Source: an uncultured Lachnospiraceae bacterium (GTDB lineage: Bacteria > Bacillota > Clostridia > Lachnospirales > Lachnospiraceae). From it: a stretch of 64,000 bases of DNA. A program made the position numbers and the translations under genes. Numbering within the stretch: position 1 is the stretch's first letter; the number at the start of each line of letters is the position of its first letter. Below the pieces are notes generated by a model. The model worked only from the letters and a program-made list of their open reading frames with translations. It was not told the DNA's origin and ran no database searches. Below are positions 27,379 to 37,997 of the stretch, piece after piece. The stretch spans positions 6,141 through 70,140 of the forward strand of contig CAMKEX010000002.1 in the NCBI GenBank assembly GCA_946411695.1, written 5' to 3'.

Positions 27379-28956
27379 ATGAAAGTTTGTCTGTTGAACG
27401 ATTCCTTTCCTCCGATGATCGACGGCGTCGTCAATGTACTGATGAATTATGCAGACTATATGATGCAGGACTATAATGCGGAAATTATGGTCGGAACACC
27501 GGAATATCCGGGGACCGACTACAGTGTCTATCCCTATCCGGTCGTTGCCTATCCCAGCTTTGATACGACAGCGGTGTGGAACGGATATCGGGCCGGGAAT
27601 CCTCTTGCAGGGAGGGCGGTCTCGGAGCTGTCAGCATTTATGCCCGATATTATCCATTCCCACTGCCCTTCGACGGCCACCGTGGTAGCAAGGCTGATCA
27701 GGGAACAGACCGGGGCTCCGATCATTTTTACCTACCACACCAAGTATGATATTGATATCCGCCGGGCAGTAAAGATCGATGCGATCGCACGCGAGGGGAT
27801 CAAGGCCATGGTGGGCAACATTGAGGCCTGTGACGACATCTGGGTGGTCAGCCGCGGCGCGGGAGAGAGTCTGCGGGCACTTGGGTTTCAGGGCCGCTAT
27901 ATCGTCATGAACAACGGCGTTGACTTCGCCCGGGGGCAGGTGGACGCGGAGACTGTCGCAAAGGTGACAAAAGACTATGACCTGCCCGCGGATGTGCCCG
28001 TCTTCCTCTTTGTGGGCCGGATGATGACCTACAAGGGGCTTCCGATCATTCTGGATGCCATGAAGATCCTGGCGGACAGGGGGATGGATTTCCGCATGGT
28101 CTTTATCGGCAAGGGACCGGACAGGGAACTGCTGGAAGAGAGGGCGAGGGAACTGGGGCTGATGGGAGGAAGCTCCGCAGACAAATGTATTTTCACAGGT
28201 CCTGTTTATGACCGCGACCAACTGCGGGCCTGGAATACGCGGGCGGATCTCTTCCTCTTCCCTTCAACCTTTGACACCAACGGCCTGGTCGTCCGCGAGG
28301 CGGCTGCCTGCGGACTTGCAAGTGTCCTGATCCGGGATTCCTGTGCCGCAGAGGGTATCACAGACGGGCAGAACGGCTTTTTGATCGATGAGAATGCGGA
28401 GTCGATGGCGGAACTTCTCCTGCAGGTGAGCGGAGATCTTGACCACCTTCATGAGGTGGGACAGCACGCCATGGATGAGATCTATCTCTCCTGGCAGGAA
28501 TGTGTCGCAAAGGCTTACGAGCGCTATCAGTTTGTCCTCGCGGAGAAGAAGATCGGCATGATGCCGCATCACAGAAAACAGGCGACAGACCGTCTGGTCA
28601 GCCTGATCACCCACGGCATTGAGAATCATGACAGGCTCTTGAGACTCGGGCATGAACTTATGGGTGACTTCCGGGAATCCGCGGTCGGAATGATGGAGAA
28701 TTTCCAGGAGAGTTCGGACAGTTCCGAGCATTTCTGGAATAAAGTCTGGAGAGAGATGCGCACCGGAATGGAAACCGGCGTTCAGAAGATGCGTGACGGA
28801 ATGGAGAGCGGAACGCAAAAGGCGCTCACAGGTGTCCAGTGGATGCGTGAGGATATGCATACGGCGGCAGAAGGACTGCGCGAAGACGTGAAAGAATTCA
28901 AGAGAGACATAAAGCGCACCGCGCAGGAGCTTGCAGACAAAAAACGGACAATGTGA
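27379..28956 (+). CDS. Glycosyltransferase family 4 (diacylglycerol glucosyltransferase-like) with helical C-terminal extension
   Basis: 'NDSFPPMIDGV', 'TYHTKY', 'FLFVGRM..YKG', 'FPSTFDTNGLVVREAAA'. Confidence 0.88.
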   Translation: MKVCLLNDSFPPMIDGVVNVLMNYADYMMQDYNAEIMVGTPEYPGTDYSVYPYPVVAYPSFDTTAVWNGYRAGNPLAGRAVSELSAFMPDIIHSHCPSTATVVARLIREQTGAPIIFTYHTKYDIDIRRAVKIDAIAREGIKAMVGNIEACDDIWVVSRGAGESLRALGFQGRYIVMNNGVDFARGQVDAETVAKVTKDYDLPADVPVFLFVGRMMTYKGLPIILDAMKILADRGMDFRMVFIGKGPDRELLEERARELGLMGGSSADKCIFTGPVYDRDQLRAWNTRADLFLFPSTFDTNGLVVREAAACGLASVLIRDSCAAEGITDGQNGFLIDENAESMAELLLQVSGDLDHLHEVGQHAMDEIYLSWQECVAKAYERYQFVLAEKKIGMMPHHRKQATDRLVSLITHGIENHDRLLRLGHELMGDFRESAVGMMENFQESSDSSEHFWNKVWREMRTGMETGVQKMRDGMESGTQKALTGVQWMREDMHTAAEGLREDVKEFKRDIKRTAQELADKKRTM

Positions 28957-30935
28957 TGAAGAAAAAACAGTTTGATTTCAGGAAAATGTCTTTTTATCAG
29001 ATCTGGGTCCGGTCTTTCTGTGACGGAAACGGAGACGGGATCGGAGATCTGTACGGAGTTTATGACAAGCTGGACTATATAAAGTCCCTTGGGGTGGACG
29101 GGATCTGGTTCAGCCCGATCTTTCCCTCGCCCAATGCGGATTACGGCTACGATATTTCCGATTACAAAAATATCCATCCGGATTACGGAACCCTGGAGCA
29201 GTTTCAGAAGGTGCTGGACCGGGCCCATGAATTAGGATTGAAAGTCCTGCTGGACCTGGTCATCAACCACACCTCCGACGAGCACCCCTGGTTCATTGAG
29301 AGCTGCAAGGGAAAAGACAATCCCTACAGCGACTATTACATCTGGCGTGACCCTCTGGGCGTGAAGATTGAAAAAAACCTGGAAGAAGCTTCGGAGATCC
29401 TGACTGAAAAGAGAGATGAACTGGAAGATATCTCCGGATTTCCCGTGGATCAGAGGAAGAGGGAAAAGAGGAAAGAAAAAAGAGACAGGAACAGAAAGCG
29501 TATTGAGAATAAGGCGGAACAGTATCGTCCTCCGAACAACTGGTTCAGCCAGTTTGAGGGACTGGCCTGGGAGTACAAGGAACAGCGGGGGCAGTACTAC
29601 CTGCATATTTTCGCCCGCAAGCAGCCGGATCTGAATATGGATAACCCCAGGGTGCGCGAGGAAGTAAAAAGCATCATGCGCTTCTGGCTGGACATGGGCG
29701 TGGACGGATTCCGGGAGGATGTCATCAATTTTATCTCCAAGGATCCCAGGCTCCCGGACGGTCTGCCCTTTGTGCCGGTCATCAACGGCCTCCCCTTTTA
29801 TAAGGACGGTCCCAATCTGCACAGATACCTGCAGGAGTTCAGGGAGACGGCCCTGGACTACGGTGCGGTCCAGATCGGCGAAGCTCCTTTTACAGGCGTA
29901 AAAAAAGCCCTTACCTACATAGCAGGAAAAGACCGTGTGCTGGACATGCTGATTCAGTTCGATACCATGATGGCGGACTGCTTCATGACAGAGTATGTCT
30001 ATCACGGATTCCGCCTGCGCAAGCTCAAGCGCGCCTTCTCCAGGTGGGAATACGGTCTGCAGGGAAAGCGGGCCGGACGAAAGGGGACCGCCTGCATGGC
30101 CTGGAATGCCCTGTATCTGGAGAACCACGATCATCCCAGGGTGGTCAGCCGCTACGGAAATCTTCATTTCTGGAGGGCTTCCGCGACTATGCTTGCAGCC
30201 TCCTATATTTTCCAGAGGGGAACACCTTTTCTCTATCAGGGACAGGAGCTGGGCATGACCAATATTGCCCTGGATTCCATCGACCAGTATCTGGATGTGG
30301 CCTCCAAAAACGCCTACCACACATTTCATCTCAGAGAACCGGTGGCGAAAAGACTGCGCCGGATACAGATCTCCACCCGGGATTCCGCGCGCACGCCGGT
30401 CCAGTGGAGCCATGGGCCCGGCGCCGGTTTTACCGACGGGACGCCGTGGTTTGCCATCAATCCCAACTATGTGAAGATCAACGCGCAGGACCAGGAGAAA
30501 AAGGCATACAGCGTCCTGAATTTCTACCGCAGATGCCTGGCGCTCCGAAAGTCGGAAGAGACCCTGCTGTGGGGCACCTACCGCGAATATTGCCGCAGAC
30601 ATCCCAAGCTCTTTATGTATGAGCGCCGGTATAAAGGGGAAGTCATCCTCGTGGTCTGTTCCTTCGCGGACAAGCCCCTTTCCTGGAAGCTTCCCCGCAG
30701 TCTTTCCCGCAAAGCCGCAAAGGGGAAAGAGGCGGAGCTTCTGCTGTCCAATTATCCCCCGGCCGGATCCGGGGACCGGAAGGAGGATTCCTCTTCAAAG
30801 AATCGGGATTCCCGTTCAAAGAGGAGAAATTCACCTGTCAATGAGACAGGGAAAAAGCACTTTGTGAAAATGGCGGAAATCTGCTGCCCGCTCCGGCCCT
30901 ACGAGGCCCGGGTCTGGAGACTGCCCGGGAACTGA
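28953..30935 (+). CDS. GH13 alpha-glucosidase / oligo-1,6-glucosidase with two charged insertions
   Basis: 'YQIWVRSFCDGNGDGIGDL', 'DLVINHTSDEH', 'GFREDV', 'IGEAP', 'YLENHD', 'YQGQELGM'. Confidence 0.92.
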   Translation: MMKKKQFDFRKMSFYQIWVRSFCDGNGDGIGDLYGVYDKLDYIKSLGVDGIWFSPIFPSPNADYGYDISDYKNIHPDYGTLEQFQKVLDRAHELGLKVLLDLVINHTSDEHPWFIESCKGKDNPYSDYYIWRDPLGVKIEKNLEEASEILTEKRDELEDISGFPVDQRKREKRKEKRDRNRKRIENKAEQYRPPNNWFSQFEGLAWEYKEQRGQYYLHIFARKQPDLNMDNPRVREEVKSIMRFWLDMGVDGFREDVINFISKDPRLPDGLPFVPVINGLPFYKDGPNLHRYLQEFRETALDYGAVQIGEAPFTGVKKALTYIAGKDRVLDMLIQFDTMMADCFMTEYVYHGFRLRKLKRAFSRWEYGLQGKRAGRKGTACMAWNALYLENHDHPRVVSRYGNLHFWRASATMLAASYIFQRGTPFLYQGQELGMTNIALDSIDQYLDVASKNAYHTFHLREPVAKRLRRIQISTRDSARTPVQWSHGPGAGFTDGTPWFAINPNYVKINAQDQEKKAYSVLNFYRRCLALRKSEETLLWGTYREYCRRHPKLFMYERRYKGEVILVVCSFADKPLSWKLPRSLSRKAAKGKEAELLLSNYPPAGSGDRKEDSSSKNRDSRSKRRNSPVNETGKKHFVKMAEICCPLRPYEARVWRLPGN

Positions 30936-30943
30936 CGTCCCGT

Positions 30944-31534
30944 TCACCCGGCCCCGGTCCCTGTATCTTCGGGGGACGGCCGGCGCTCCTGGATATTTTC
31001 CTTGAGCTCCTCCGGCTCATAGTCCAGGGTTTTGGCCAGAAAGCCCATTTCCCAGAGGCGGTTTTCAATCGTATCCAGCACGCTTTCTGACGGAGCCAGG
31101 AGTGTGTGATAGTGGTAGCCTTCCGTAGTGGAGGAGAGCAGAGTGGATTTGCCGCTGCGGATGGACTCCAGAAATGCCTGCACATCCAGCCGGGAGCGGA
31201 TGTCGAGTTCACCGCGGAGAACTCCGTAGGCTCTGTGGCTCACAAAGACGTCTTTGACGACTGCCCCGCAGTCTACAAACAGGTTCAGCTCGGACTCACA
31301 TTCCTCACGGGTGTGGTGGACCTTGAAGATGCGTTTGCACTGCCTGATCTCCGGAGTCATGTAACCCTGGCTGGTGGAAATGATCTCAAAGCCCTCCGCA
31401 CGCAGGATCGCAATATCTGTGACGATGACCTGCCTGCTCACGGACAGCATTTTTGCAAGCGCTGACCCTGAGACCGGGACAGCGGACTGTGCGAGAATTT
31501 TCTTGAGTTGTTCTCTTCTTTCCCCTGCCTTCAT
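30944..31534 (-). CDS. niaR: NiaR/YrxA-type repressor (HTH + 3H domain)
   Basis: 'VSGSALAKMLSVSRQVIVTDIAILR', 'KVHH', 'VSHRAYG', 'YHYHTL'. Confidence 0.8.
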   Translation of the reverse strand: MKAGERREQLKKILAQSAVPVSGSALAKMLSVSRQVIVTDIAILRAEGFEIISTSQGYMTPEIRQCKRIFKVHHTREECESELNLFVDCGAVVKDVFVSHRAYGVLRGELDIRSRLDVQAFLESIRSGKSTLLSSTTEGYHYHTLLAPSESVLDTIENRLWEMGFLAKTLDYEPEELKENIQERRPSPEDTGTGAG

Positions 31535-31778
31535 GCACCTGCCCTTTCTGCTGGCTGCCTTTCATTCCTGGTTCATTGAAAACAATAATCCGATTAACCG
31601 TATTCGATCAGTACAGATCAGAACCTGCGGGACTCCTCTCCGTAAACAGGGACTTTCAGTCTGTTATAAGCCTGACGAAGTCACTTATTAGTCTATCGAA
31701 ACTGAAAAGAAATGAAAAGTTTTTTTTTCAGTTCCGCATATGGATTTCCTCCGGTATTGCCGAAAGCCTGTGCTGATT

Positions 31779-32600
31779 TCAGTGCAGGTCGATGATGACA
31801 ACTTCCCGCGGATTGAAGAGGCGGGGGATCGGACGGGGAGCAGTATTTGCAAGTCCCCTGGAAATAACCAGCCTTCCGTGCGGGCCTCTGAAGACACCGC
31901 CGGTATAGCGGGGCAGGGGGCCCTGACCGGGCGAGTAGAGGCCTTGTCCGAACAGGCGGATCTGTCCGCCGTGGGCATGGCCGGACAGGACCAGGTCGAT
32001 GGGATGATCCCTGAGCATGGGTGTCTGCAGACACCAGTATTCCGGATGGTGGCAGAGCAGTATTTTATAGCCGTCCTGTTTCTCAAAGGTCCGAAGCCAC
32101 CCCACTGAAGGATGCAGAACGAGACCGTCGACGTGGCGCTTTTTCTTCGGATATTGATGGTCCGGTGTGTGTTTTTTGCGGAATCTCCGGAAATCCATCA
32201 CCATGGCCGAGGTGAGTCCCCCGATCAGAAGGCCCGTTCCTTGGTCCCGGACCCACTTGTTGTCCAGAAGTACGGCACCCGTTGACTGCAGCGCGCGAAT
32301 GTCTGCCGGACTGGCAAGCCATTCGTGATTCCCGAGAGAAATATAGGTCGGTGCCAGTGTTGCGCAGGCCCGGATCAGAGGGATTACTTTGGGCTGCAGA
32401 TCGACCAGACTGTCCCCCTCCTGCGCATGATCCAGAAACAGATCCCCGCTCACTGCGATCAGGGACGGGCGGCGGCGTATGAGTATTTTCAGAATTTCAT
32501 TCCCGTCCTGACCGTGAATGTCCGATAAATGTGCAATTGTATGCGGAATCCCTGCCGGGATTCTGTAGATACGTTCTTTCATATACACCTCATATGTCAA
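31779..32600 (-). CDS. Metallophosphoesterase (YkuE-like)
   Basis: 'HLSDIH', 'VSGD', 'LGNHE', 'LCHHP', 'GHAHGGQ', 'RLFNPRE'. Confidence 0.9.
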   Translation of the reverse strand: MTYEVYMKERIYRIPAGIPHTIAHLSDIHGQDGNEILKILIRRRPSLIAVSGDLFLDHAQEGDSLVDLQPKVIPLIRACATLAPTYISLGNHEWLASPADIRALQSTGAVLLDNKWVRDQGTGLLIGGLTSAMVMDFRRFRKKHTPDHQYPKKKRHVDGLVLHPSVGWLRTFEKQDGYKILLCHHPEYWCLQTPMLRDHPIDLVLSGHAHGGQIRLFGQGLYSPGQGPLPRYTGGVFRGPHGRLVISRGLANTAPRPIPRLFNPREVVIIDLH

Positions 32601-32927
32601 AGTGATCAGCTGCCAGGAAATCCGTTCATTTTCATCTCATATACCGAATATACCGAAGCTTTTTTTACAATGATTTTATCATCATTGACGCAGGAGTGCC
32701 ATGGCCGTTGACGCCTATTGTATCAGGAATTAAAATGAAAAAGACAATTCAGGGTTATTCTTCATAGCGCAATATCCGTGACCTCAGTTGTGGGATACGC
32801 GCGCAAGGCTCGCAGGCGAGTCCTGAATGTACGGCTTCCCCCGGAATTCGGGACAGGGGTTATGCACGCTGATCGCAAAACCCGGGCTGCGTGTACAGAA
32901 TGCCTCAATCTACAGCAGGAGAGAAAA

Positions 32928-33893
32928 ATGACTGAGAATGTGAACAAGGGAAATATCAACGAGGATACTGCCGGCTGTGATGTCCTCTGCATCGGGCAGG
33001 CTGTGATCGACTGTATCACGCGCGGGCAGGAAGCGGACAGGCACCGGGAAAATGTTTTCCGGGCGGAGCGGATCGAACTTCACATCGGCGGAGACGCGGT
33101 AAATGAATCGATCGCGCTGGCTGACCTGGGGCATCGGCCGGCAATCGCCTGCGGTGTCGGAACAGACCTGGCGGGAAACCTGCTCCGTTCGGAGCTGGCA
33201 AACCGGGGGGTAGATACTTCGGAGATCACCGTTATGGAGTCCCTCACGACGCCGATCGCCCAGCTTGTGGTCCACCAGGACGGAGGCCGGCACTCCATCA
33301 ACAGCCGTGCCACCATGCTGGAGGGCTATCTGCCCGATCCCGGGATCGTGCGCAGAAAGGCGGCCCGCATCGTTTCGTTTGCCAGCCTCTTCCGGGCTCC
33401 CCTTGACCAGGCGCATGTGGTCCGTGAGCTCATGCGCGCGGCAAAGGAGGCCGGTGCACTGATCAGTGTGGACACCAAGCTTCCCACATTCCGTGAGATC
33501 AGACTGGAGGAGCTTGCTGACGTATGGCCGCTTGTGGATTTCATTTTCCCCAATGAAAAGGAGGCCGCCTATCATACGGGTATTCCTGAAGGGGAGGGAG
33601 ACACCGCAGAGCATTTCCTGAAGATGACAGAGGTATTCCGCGGCTATGGGATCAAAAATGTGATCATCAAAGCAGGCGCGGACGGCTGTTATATCAATAA
33701 CGACGAGGGCTTCCGGCACCTGCCGGCCCTTCCCGTGGAGGTGGTGGATTCCACGGGCGCGGGAGATAATTTTGTCGCGGGATTTCTGTCCGGTGTCCTG
33801 CGGGGCGAAGATATTATGGCCTGCGCGGAGCGCGGACGGGCTAGGGCGGCTCAGTGCATCTCCAGAATGGGTGCGAGTGAAAAGAAGTCATAA
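32928..33893 (+). CDS. PfkB family carbohydrate kinase
   Basis: 'IGGDAVN', 'FPNEKEA', 'IIKAGADG', 'VDSTGAGDNFVAG'; ATG at 32928 after GGAG. Confidence 0.9.
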   Translation: MTENVNKGNINEDTAGCDVLCIGQAVIDCITRGQEADRHRENVFRAERIELHIGGDAVNESIALADLGHRPAIACGVGTDLAGNLLRSELANRGVDTSEITVMESLTTPIAQLVVHQDGGRHSINSRATMLEGYLPDPGIVRRKAARIVSFASLFRAPLDQAHVVRELMRAAKEAGALISVDTKLPTFREIRLEELADVWPLVDFIFPNEKEAAYHTGIPEGEGDTAEHFLKMTEVFRGYGIKNVIIKAGADGCYINNDEGFRHLPALPVEVVDSTGAGDNFVAGFLSGVLRGEDIMACAERGRARAAQCISRMGASEKKS

Positions 33894-33895
33894 AA

Positions 33896-33941
33896 AACAG
33901 CGGCAGGATTCCCGGTTGACGGAAAATCCTGCCGCTTTGTT
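33896..33941. terminator. Bidirectional terminator
   Basis: A-run, CAGCGGCAGGATT...AATCCTGCCGCT, T-rich tail. Confidence 0.75.
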
Positions 33942-34003
33942 TTTGACATTATGACATTCTCCCCGCGCTGCCGCTCCCGGGAGCGGCTTAGTCGGAAGAA
34001 GGA

Positions 34004-34321
34004 TCAGAAGAGATCAACAGCACCTGTCACATCGCCGTTGATGACATAATATGCCTTGCCTTCCTCGGCTTTGACATAGATATCGACGGAAGTGATCTCG
34101 CCCTCAAAAGCAGCTTTGACTTTTTCGATAACGGCATCATATGTAACACTCTGCTCGGCAGAGGACTGGATAACGAAATTCGGAACCACTTTTTTCCTGC
34201 GGGTTCTTGTGGCGGTTGTTGTTTTGACAGTTTTCTTCTCAGCGGCAGGTGCTTTCCTGACAACCTTTTTCTCGGCTGCGGGTGCAGCAGCTGCTGTGGT
34301 TTCTTTTTTTGCTTTGGCCAT
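34004..34321 (-). CDS. DUF6465-like small protein with Lys/Ala-rich N-terminus
   Basis: 'VDIYVKAEEGKAYYVING' C-terminal motif; ATG at 34321 after AGGAGG. Confidence 0.7.
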   Translation of the reverse strand: MAKAKKETTAAAAPAAEKKVVRKAPAAEKKTVKTTTATRTRRKKVVPNFVIQSSAEQSVTYDAVIEKVKAAFEGEITSVDIYVKAEEGKAYYVINGDVTGAVDLF

Positions 34322-34535
34322 AGTATGCGCCTCCTGAAATAAATGATTAGTCTGTAAAAAAATTACGCAGAATAATTTAGTATGATAATTTGGGATTGTC
34401 AAGTTTTTCATTTGCAAATTTCCTGTTTTTCTTCTCCCAAGGCCTTATTTTTAACAGGAAACAGCAGGGTATGCCGGGGACAGGCCGAAGGAACATGAAA
34501 AAAAGAAGTGCTGAGGCGGGTGCAAAAGCGGGCGG

Positions 34536-34578
34536 AAAAAGCGGCCGGCCATCTCCGTGAGAGGGGATGACCGGCCGC
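34536..34578 (-). terminator. Intrinsic terminator downstream of the secreted-protein gene
   Basis: GCGGCCGG-CCATCTCC...GGGGATGA-CCGGCCGC preceded by an A-run on the plus strand. Confidence 0.6.
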
Positions 34579-34678
34579 TGTCATGTGCCCGTCAGACCGG
34601 GCGGTTTCTGCCAAACATTTCTATTGTCCCGGAACACTCCGTCCCGGAATGCGGCGGTGATCTGCGAAAAAAGAACGA

Positions 34679-36076
34679 TTACCTGCTTTCTGTAATGCTG
34701 ACGTCAAAAGTCTTGTAGGTATAATCGGGACCGTCGCGATAAGTGAGGATAATGCGGCCGCCCAGATCATCGATATCGCTGAATCCGTCATCCAGGAGTT
34801 TCTTTCCGGTAAACATGTCGTAGATTGCAGGATCATCTCCGTTGCCCGGATCCACATAGAGGATATAGTCGCTGTAGATACGGTAGTAGGCATCGGAGCT
34901 GTAGGGGAGGAAACCGGATCCGTCATTGAGGCAGATCAGCTTACCGTCCTTGGAGTAGATATTGTAGGTCTCGGCTTTGACATCCTCTGCCAGTGTTCCG
35001 GAGGGGCCGACCAATGTATAGGTCTTCACACCGGTTTCAAGGAAATACCGTCCATAGCCGGCATCATTGCATTCGCCTTCTGTCCGGCCCAGTTCACTGC
35101 CGCTTTCGTCCAGGATGATATAGGGGCCGTCTCCCTTGGTCTTGAAGGTATTATGGTTTTCGCTGTAGACCGTATCTGCAGTCAGTATTTTATTGCCTCT
35201 GACGTCAATGATGGCATATTTTCCGGAATCGTAATAGCTTAGATAGCCGCTTGTACTGCTGCTGAGGGGAGTGAGGCTCTCGCCGCTCTTGGAGATCTCC
35301 TTGCCGGTATCATCATAGACGCGGCAGCCGGAATTTGTCTCGGACCGTTCGATGATCACATTTTCGTTGAAATCAACTCTGCTGTTCAGGTCCAGAAGCT
35401 TTTTGCCTTCGGCGTCGTACAGGGTATGTGTCTCATCCGCATTCTCGATCAGGATGCTGTTGCCGACGATGTTGACCGTGTCATATTTATCCACGTGTTC
35501 AAACTCCAGACCGCTGACGAACTTCTGATTCTGAATGTCGTAGATTTTGGCATAGCCCTTGTAGAGGGTGTCATTTTTTCCGGGCTCGCCTATTGCGATC
35601 ATATCCTCCGTCGTGTAGAAGAGATAGTCCTTATCGTCATCTGTCTCTTCTGTGCCGTAGTAGGCAAGGATAAATCTGTTCTGGGTCTTGTTGTGGTATT
35701 CACCGGGCCATGTATAGAAGGCATACTCAAAAGGAATCAGGAAATCGCCGTCAGCACTGACCAGGGCATTGGCATTAACATCAGACGAATCTGCTTTGGT
35801 AAATTCGAACATGCCTCTCTCGAGATAATTGGCATTTTTTACGGCATCGGGGAAGACCTTCTTCCCGTCCTTGCTGTACACATAGGCTTCGGTCTCGCCC
35901 TTGATCTCCAGGAAGGAATTGCGGTAAATGGAAATGCCTTCCTGAGAAAAACTGCCGGCCTGATCCAGTTCGATCTGATAACCGCCTTCTGCGGGAGCCG
36001 CAAAAGCCGGAATCGCGCTGCCGATCACCATTACGGCTGCAAGAACTATGGATAACAGCTTTGCTCTGGTTTTCAT
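34679..36076 (-). CDS. Secreted hypothetical protein with beta-rich repeats
   Basis: Signal peptide MKTRAKLLSIVLAAVMVIGSAIPAFA; recurring 'YD..G..I/L' motifs; AAGGAG RBS. Confidence 0.75.
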   Translation of the reverse strand: MKTRAKLLSIVLAAVMVIGSAIPAFAAPAEGGYQIELDQAGSFSQEGISIYRNSFLEIKGETEAYVYSKDGKKVFPDAVKNANYLERGMFEFTKADSSDVNANALVSADGDFLIPFEYAFYTWPGEYHNKTQNRFILAYYGTEETDDDKDYLFYTTEDMIAIGEPGKNDTLYKGYAKIYDIQNQKFVSGLEFEHVDKYDTVNIVGNSILIENADETHTLYDAEGKKLLDLNSRVDFNENVIIERSETNSGCRVYDDTGKEISKSGESLTPLSSSTSGYLSYYDSGKYAIIDVRGNKILTADTVYSENHNTFKTKGDGPYIILDESGSELGRTEGECNDAGYGRYFLETGVKTYTLVGPSGTLAEDVKAETYNIYSKDGKLICLNDGSGFLPYSSDAYYRIYSDYILYVDPGNGDDPAIYDMFTGKKLLDDGFSDIDDLGGRIILTYRDGPDYTYKTFDVSITESR

Positions 36077-36465
36077 ATCTTGTCTCCTTTCTGAATTGAC
36101 TCTTTCCTTTCCTGCCATGTCCTGTCATGCCGCTCGAAAGAGCGGCAGTGCGGGGAGAAATACGCAGCATGAGAGGCCCTCCTCTCATGTCGGCGATTTC
36201 TCCGATGCCATCACAGGATGTTTGCAGCCGCCATGCGGCAAAACATCCGGAGATATACGTCAATTGGTGTATATGCCCAAATATCCGCATATCTGCTGTC
36301 GATTTCTGTGAGAAATTCACAAAAACATTGTAGCACATTTGCCGGGGCTTATCTACGATATTTCACACTGATAAATGATGTTGCACCGGAGATGGTTTTC
36401 TTATATTCTGATTGTAGCCGCCTGTCGGCTGGATCCGGCTGTAATTGGCAATGAGGTAAACAGCT

Positions 36466-37827
36466 ATGGAATATGGAGCACTGACACTGATTCCGATCGT
36501 TTTTATTATAGTGACAGCAATCCTGACAAGAAAATCCTTTGAATCTCTGCTGGCGGGCTCTGTGATCGCCTGTATCATCATGCACGGCACCGGCTTTTTC
36601 CTGCCGTGGGTGGAGATCTTTCTGGAGGCCCTCTCAGACCCGGAAAACCAGTGGGTCATCCTGGTGTGCGGACTGTTCGGAAGTCTGATCGCACTCCTGA
36701 GGGAATCAAAGGGGACAAGCGGCTTTATACGCATCGGCGAACGGCTGTGCAAAACAGGGCGGGGGGCTCTTCTGGGGACCTTTGTTCTGGGCGCCGTCAT
36801 TTTTGTCGACGACTATCTCAACATGCTGACTGTGGGAACATGTATGAGGCCCATCTGTGACCGGCGCAAGGTTCCGAGGGAGGCTCTTGCCTATCTGCTG
36901 GACTCCACCGGGACACCCATCTGCGTACTGCTTCCCTTTTCAACATGGACGGCTTTTTATATCTCTCTTTTTATGAAGGAGAAGGCTGTGCAGGCCAGGG
37001 GCTTTGCCTCCGGTCTTTCCATGTATATACAGACCATTCCCTTTATTTTCTACGCGATCATCACTGTGATCATGGTCTTTTTGTTCGCCATGGGCTGGAT
37101 GCCCAGGATCGGCCCCATGAAGAGAGCCTATGAGCGGGTGCGGAAGACCGGCAGGACCTTCAGTGAGGAGAGCGGGAAATATAATCAGGATACGGAGGAA
37201 GTGAAGACGGACGGGAGCATCGTGGACTTCCTGCTTCCGATCCTGGTACTGATCGTGATAACGATCATCTCCGATGACATCCTGGCGGCAGTCATTGTGA
37301 CGCTTGCACTCTGTCTTCTGCTCTATGTCCCCCGCAGAAAGATGACTTTTACCCAGTGGAGTGAACTGCTGATCAGCGGTTTCTGCGAGATGATGCCCAC
37401 TCTGGCTATTCTGGCAGGAGCCTTCACAGTCGCGCGCTGCTGCAATGCCATGCACCTGCCGGAATATGTCATCTCCACAGTGCAGCCTTTCGTCACTCCG
37501 CAGACCTATCCCATGATCATCTTCCTTGTTGTATCGGCCCTGACTTTTGCGACAAGTTCCACCTGGGGGATCTCCACGATCGTCATCCCCATCATCATTC
37601 CTTTGGCGGCGGCGGTCGACGCAAACCTCATCCTCACCATGGCGGCGATCCTCTCAGGCAGCACCTTCGGCAGCCACGCCTGCTTCTATTCGGATGCGAC
37701 TGTGCTGGCCTCTGCAGCGTCCAGGATCGAAAATATGGAGCACGCTTTTACCCAGATCCCCTATGCAGCCATCGGGGCGGCGCTCACCTGCGTCTGTCTC
37801 CTGGTCAGCGGGTTCATGATGGGATAG
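36466..37827 (+). CDS. Na+/H+ antiporter NhaC-family transporter
   Basis: Hydrophobic; 'IFVDDY', 'SREALAYLLDST'-like segment, 'TSSTWG', 'GSHACFYSDATVLAS'. Confidence 0.8.
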   Translation: MEYGALTLIPIVFIIVTAILTRKSFESLLAGSVIACIIMHGTGFFLPWVEIFLEALSDPENQWVILVCGLFGSLIALLRESKGTSGFIRIGERLCKTGRGALLGTFVLGAVIFVDDYLNMLTVGTCMRPICDRRKVPREALAYLLDSTGTPICVLLPFSTWTAFYISLFMKEKAVQARGFASGLSMYIQTIPFIFYAIITVIMVFLFAMGWMPRIGPMKRAYERVRKTGRTFSEESGKYNQDTEEVKTDGSIVDFLLPILVLIVITIISDDILAAVIVTLALCLLLYVPRRKMTFTQWSELLISGFCEMMPTLAILAGAFTVARCCNAMHLPEYVISTVQPFVTPQTYPMIIFLVVSALTFATSSTWGISTIVIPIIIPLAAAVDANLILTMAAILSGSTFGSHACFYSDATVLASAASRIENMEHAFTQIPYAAIGAALTCVCLLVSGFMMG

Positions 37828-37997
37828 TTTGGATTGAGCATATGGATCCGGGCAGGCATACGATTGTGACGGATATTAATAATTAATGCACAAAGTATGC
37901 ACATTTTTATGGAAATTATTGTATAATATTGTCAGGCAGGCATCTTAGTGTTAGATGCGATCAGAATGGTAAACAATTCGAATTGAGGGAGGTTAAT

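Noticed and set aside
31535-31780. NiaR operator near niaR
   Set aside because: No TACA-N-GTGTC-NN-GACAC-like palindrome is recognisable.
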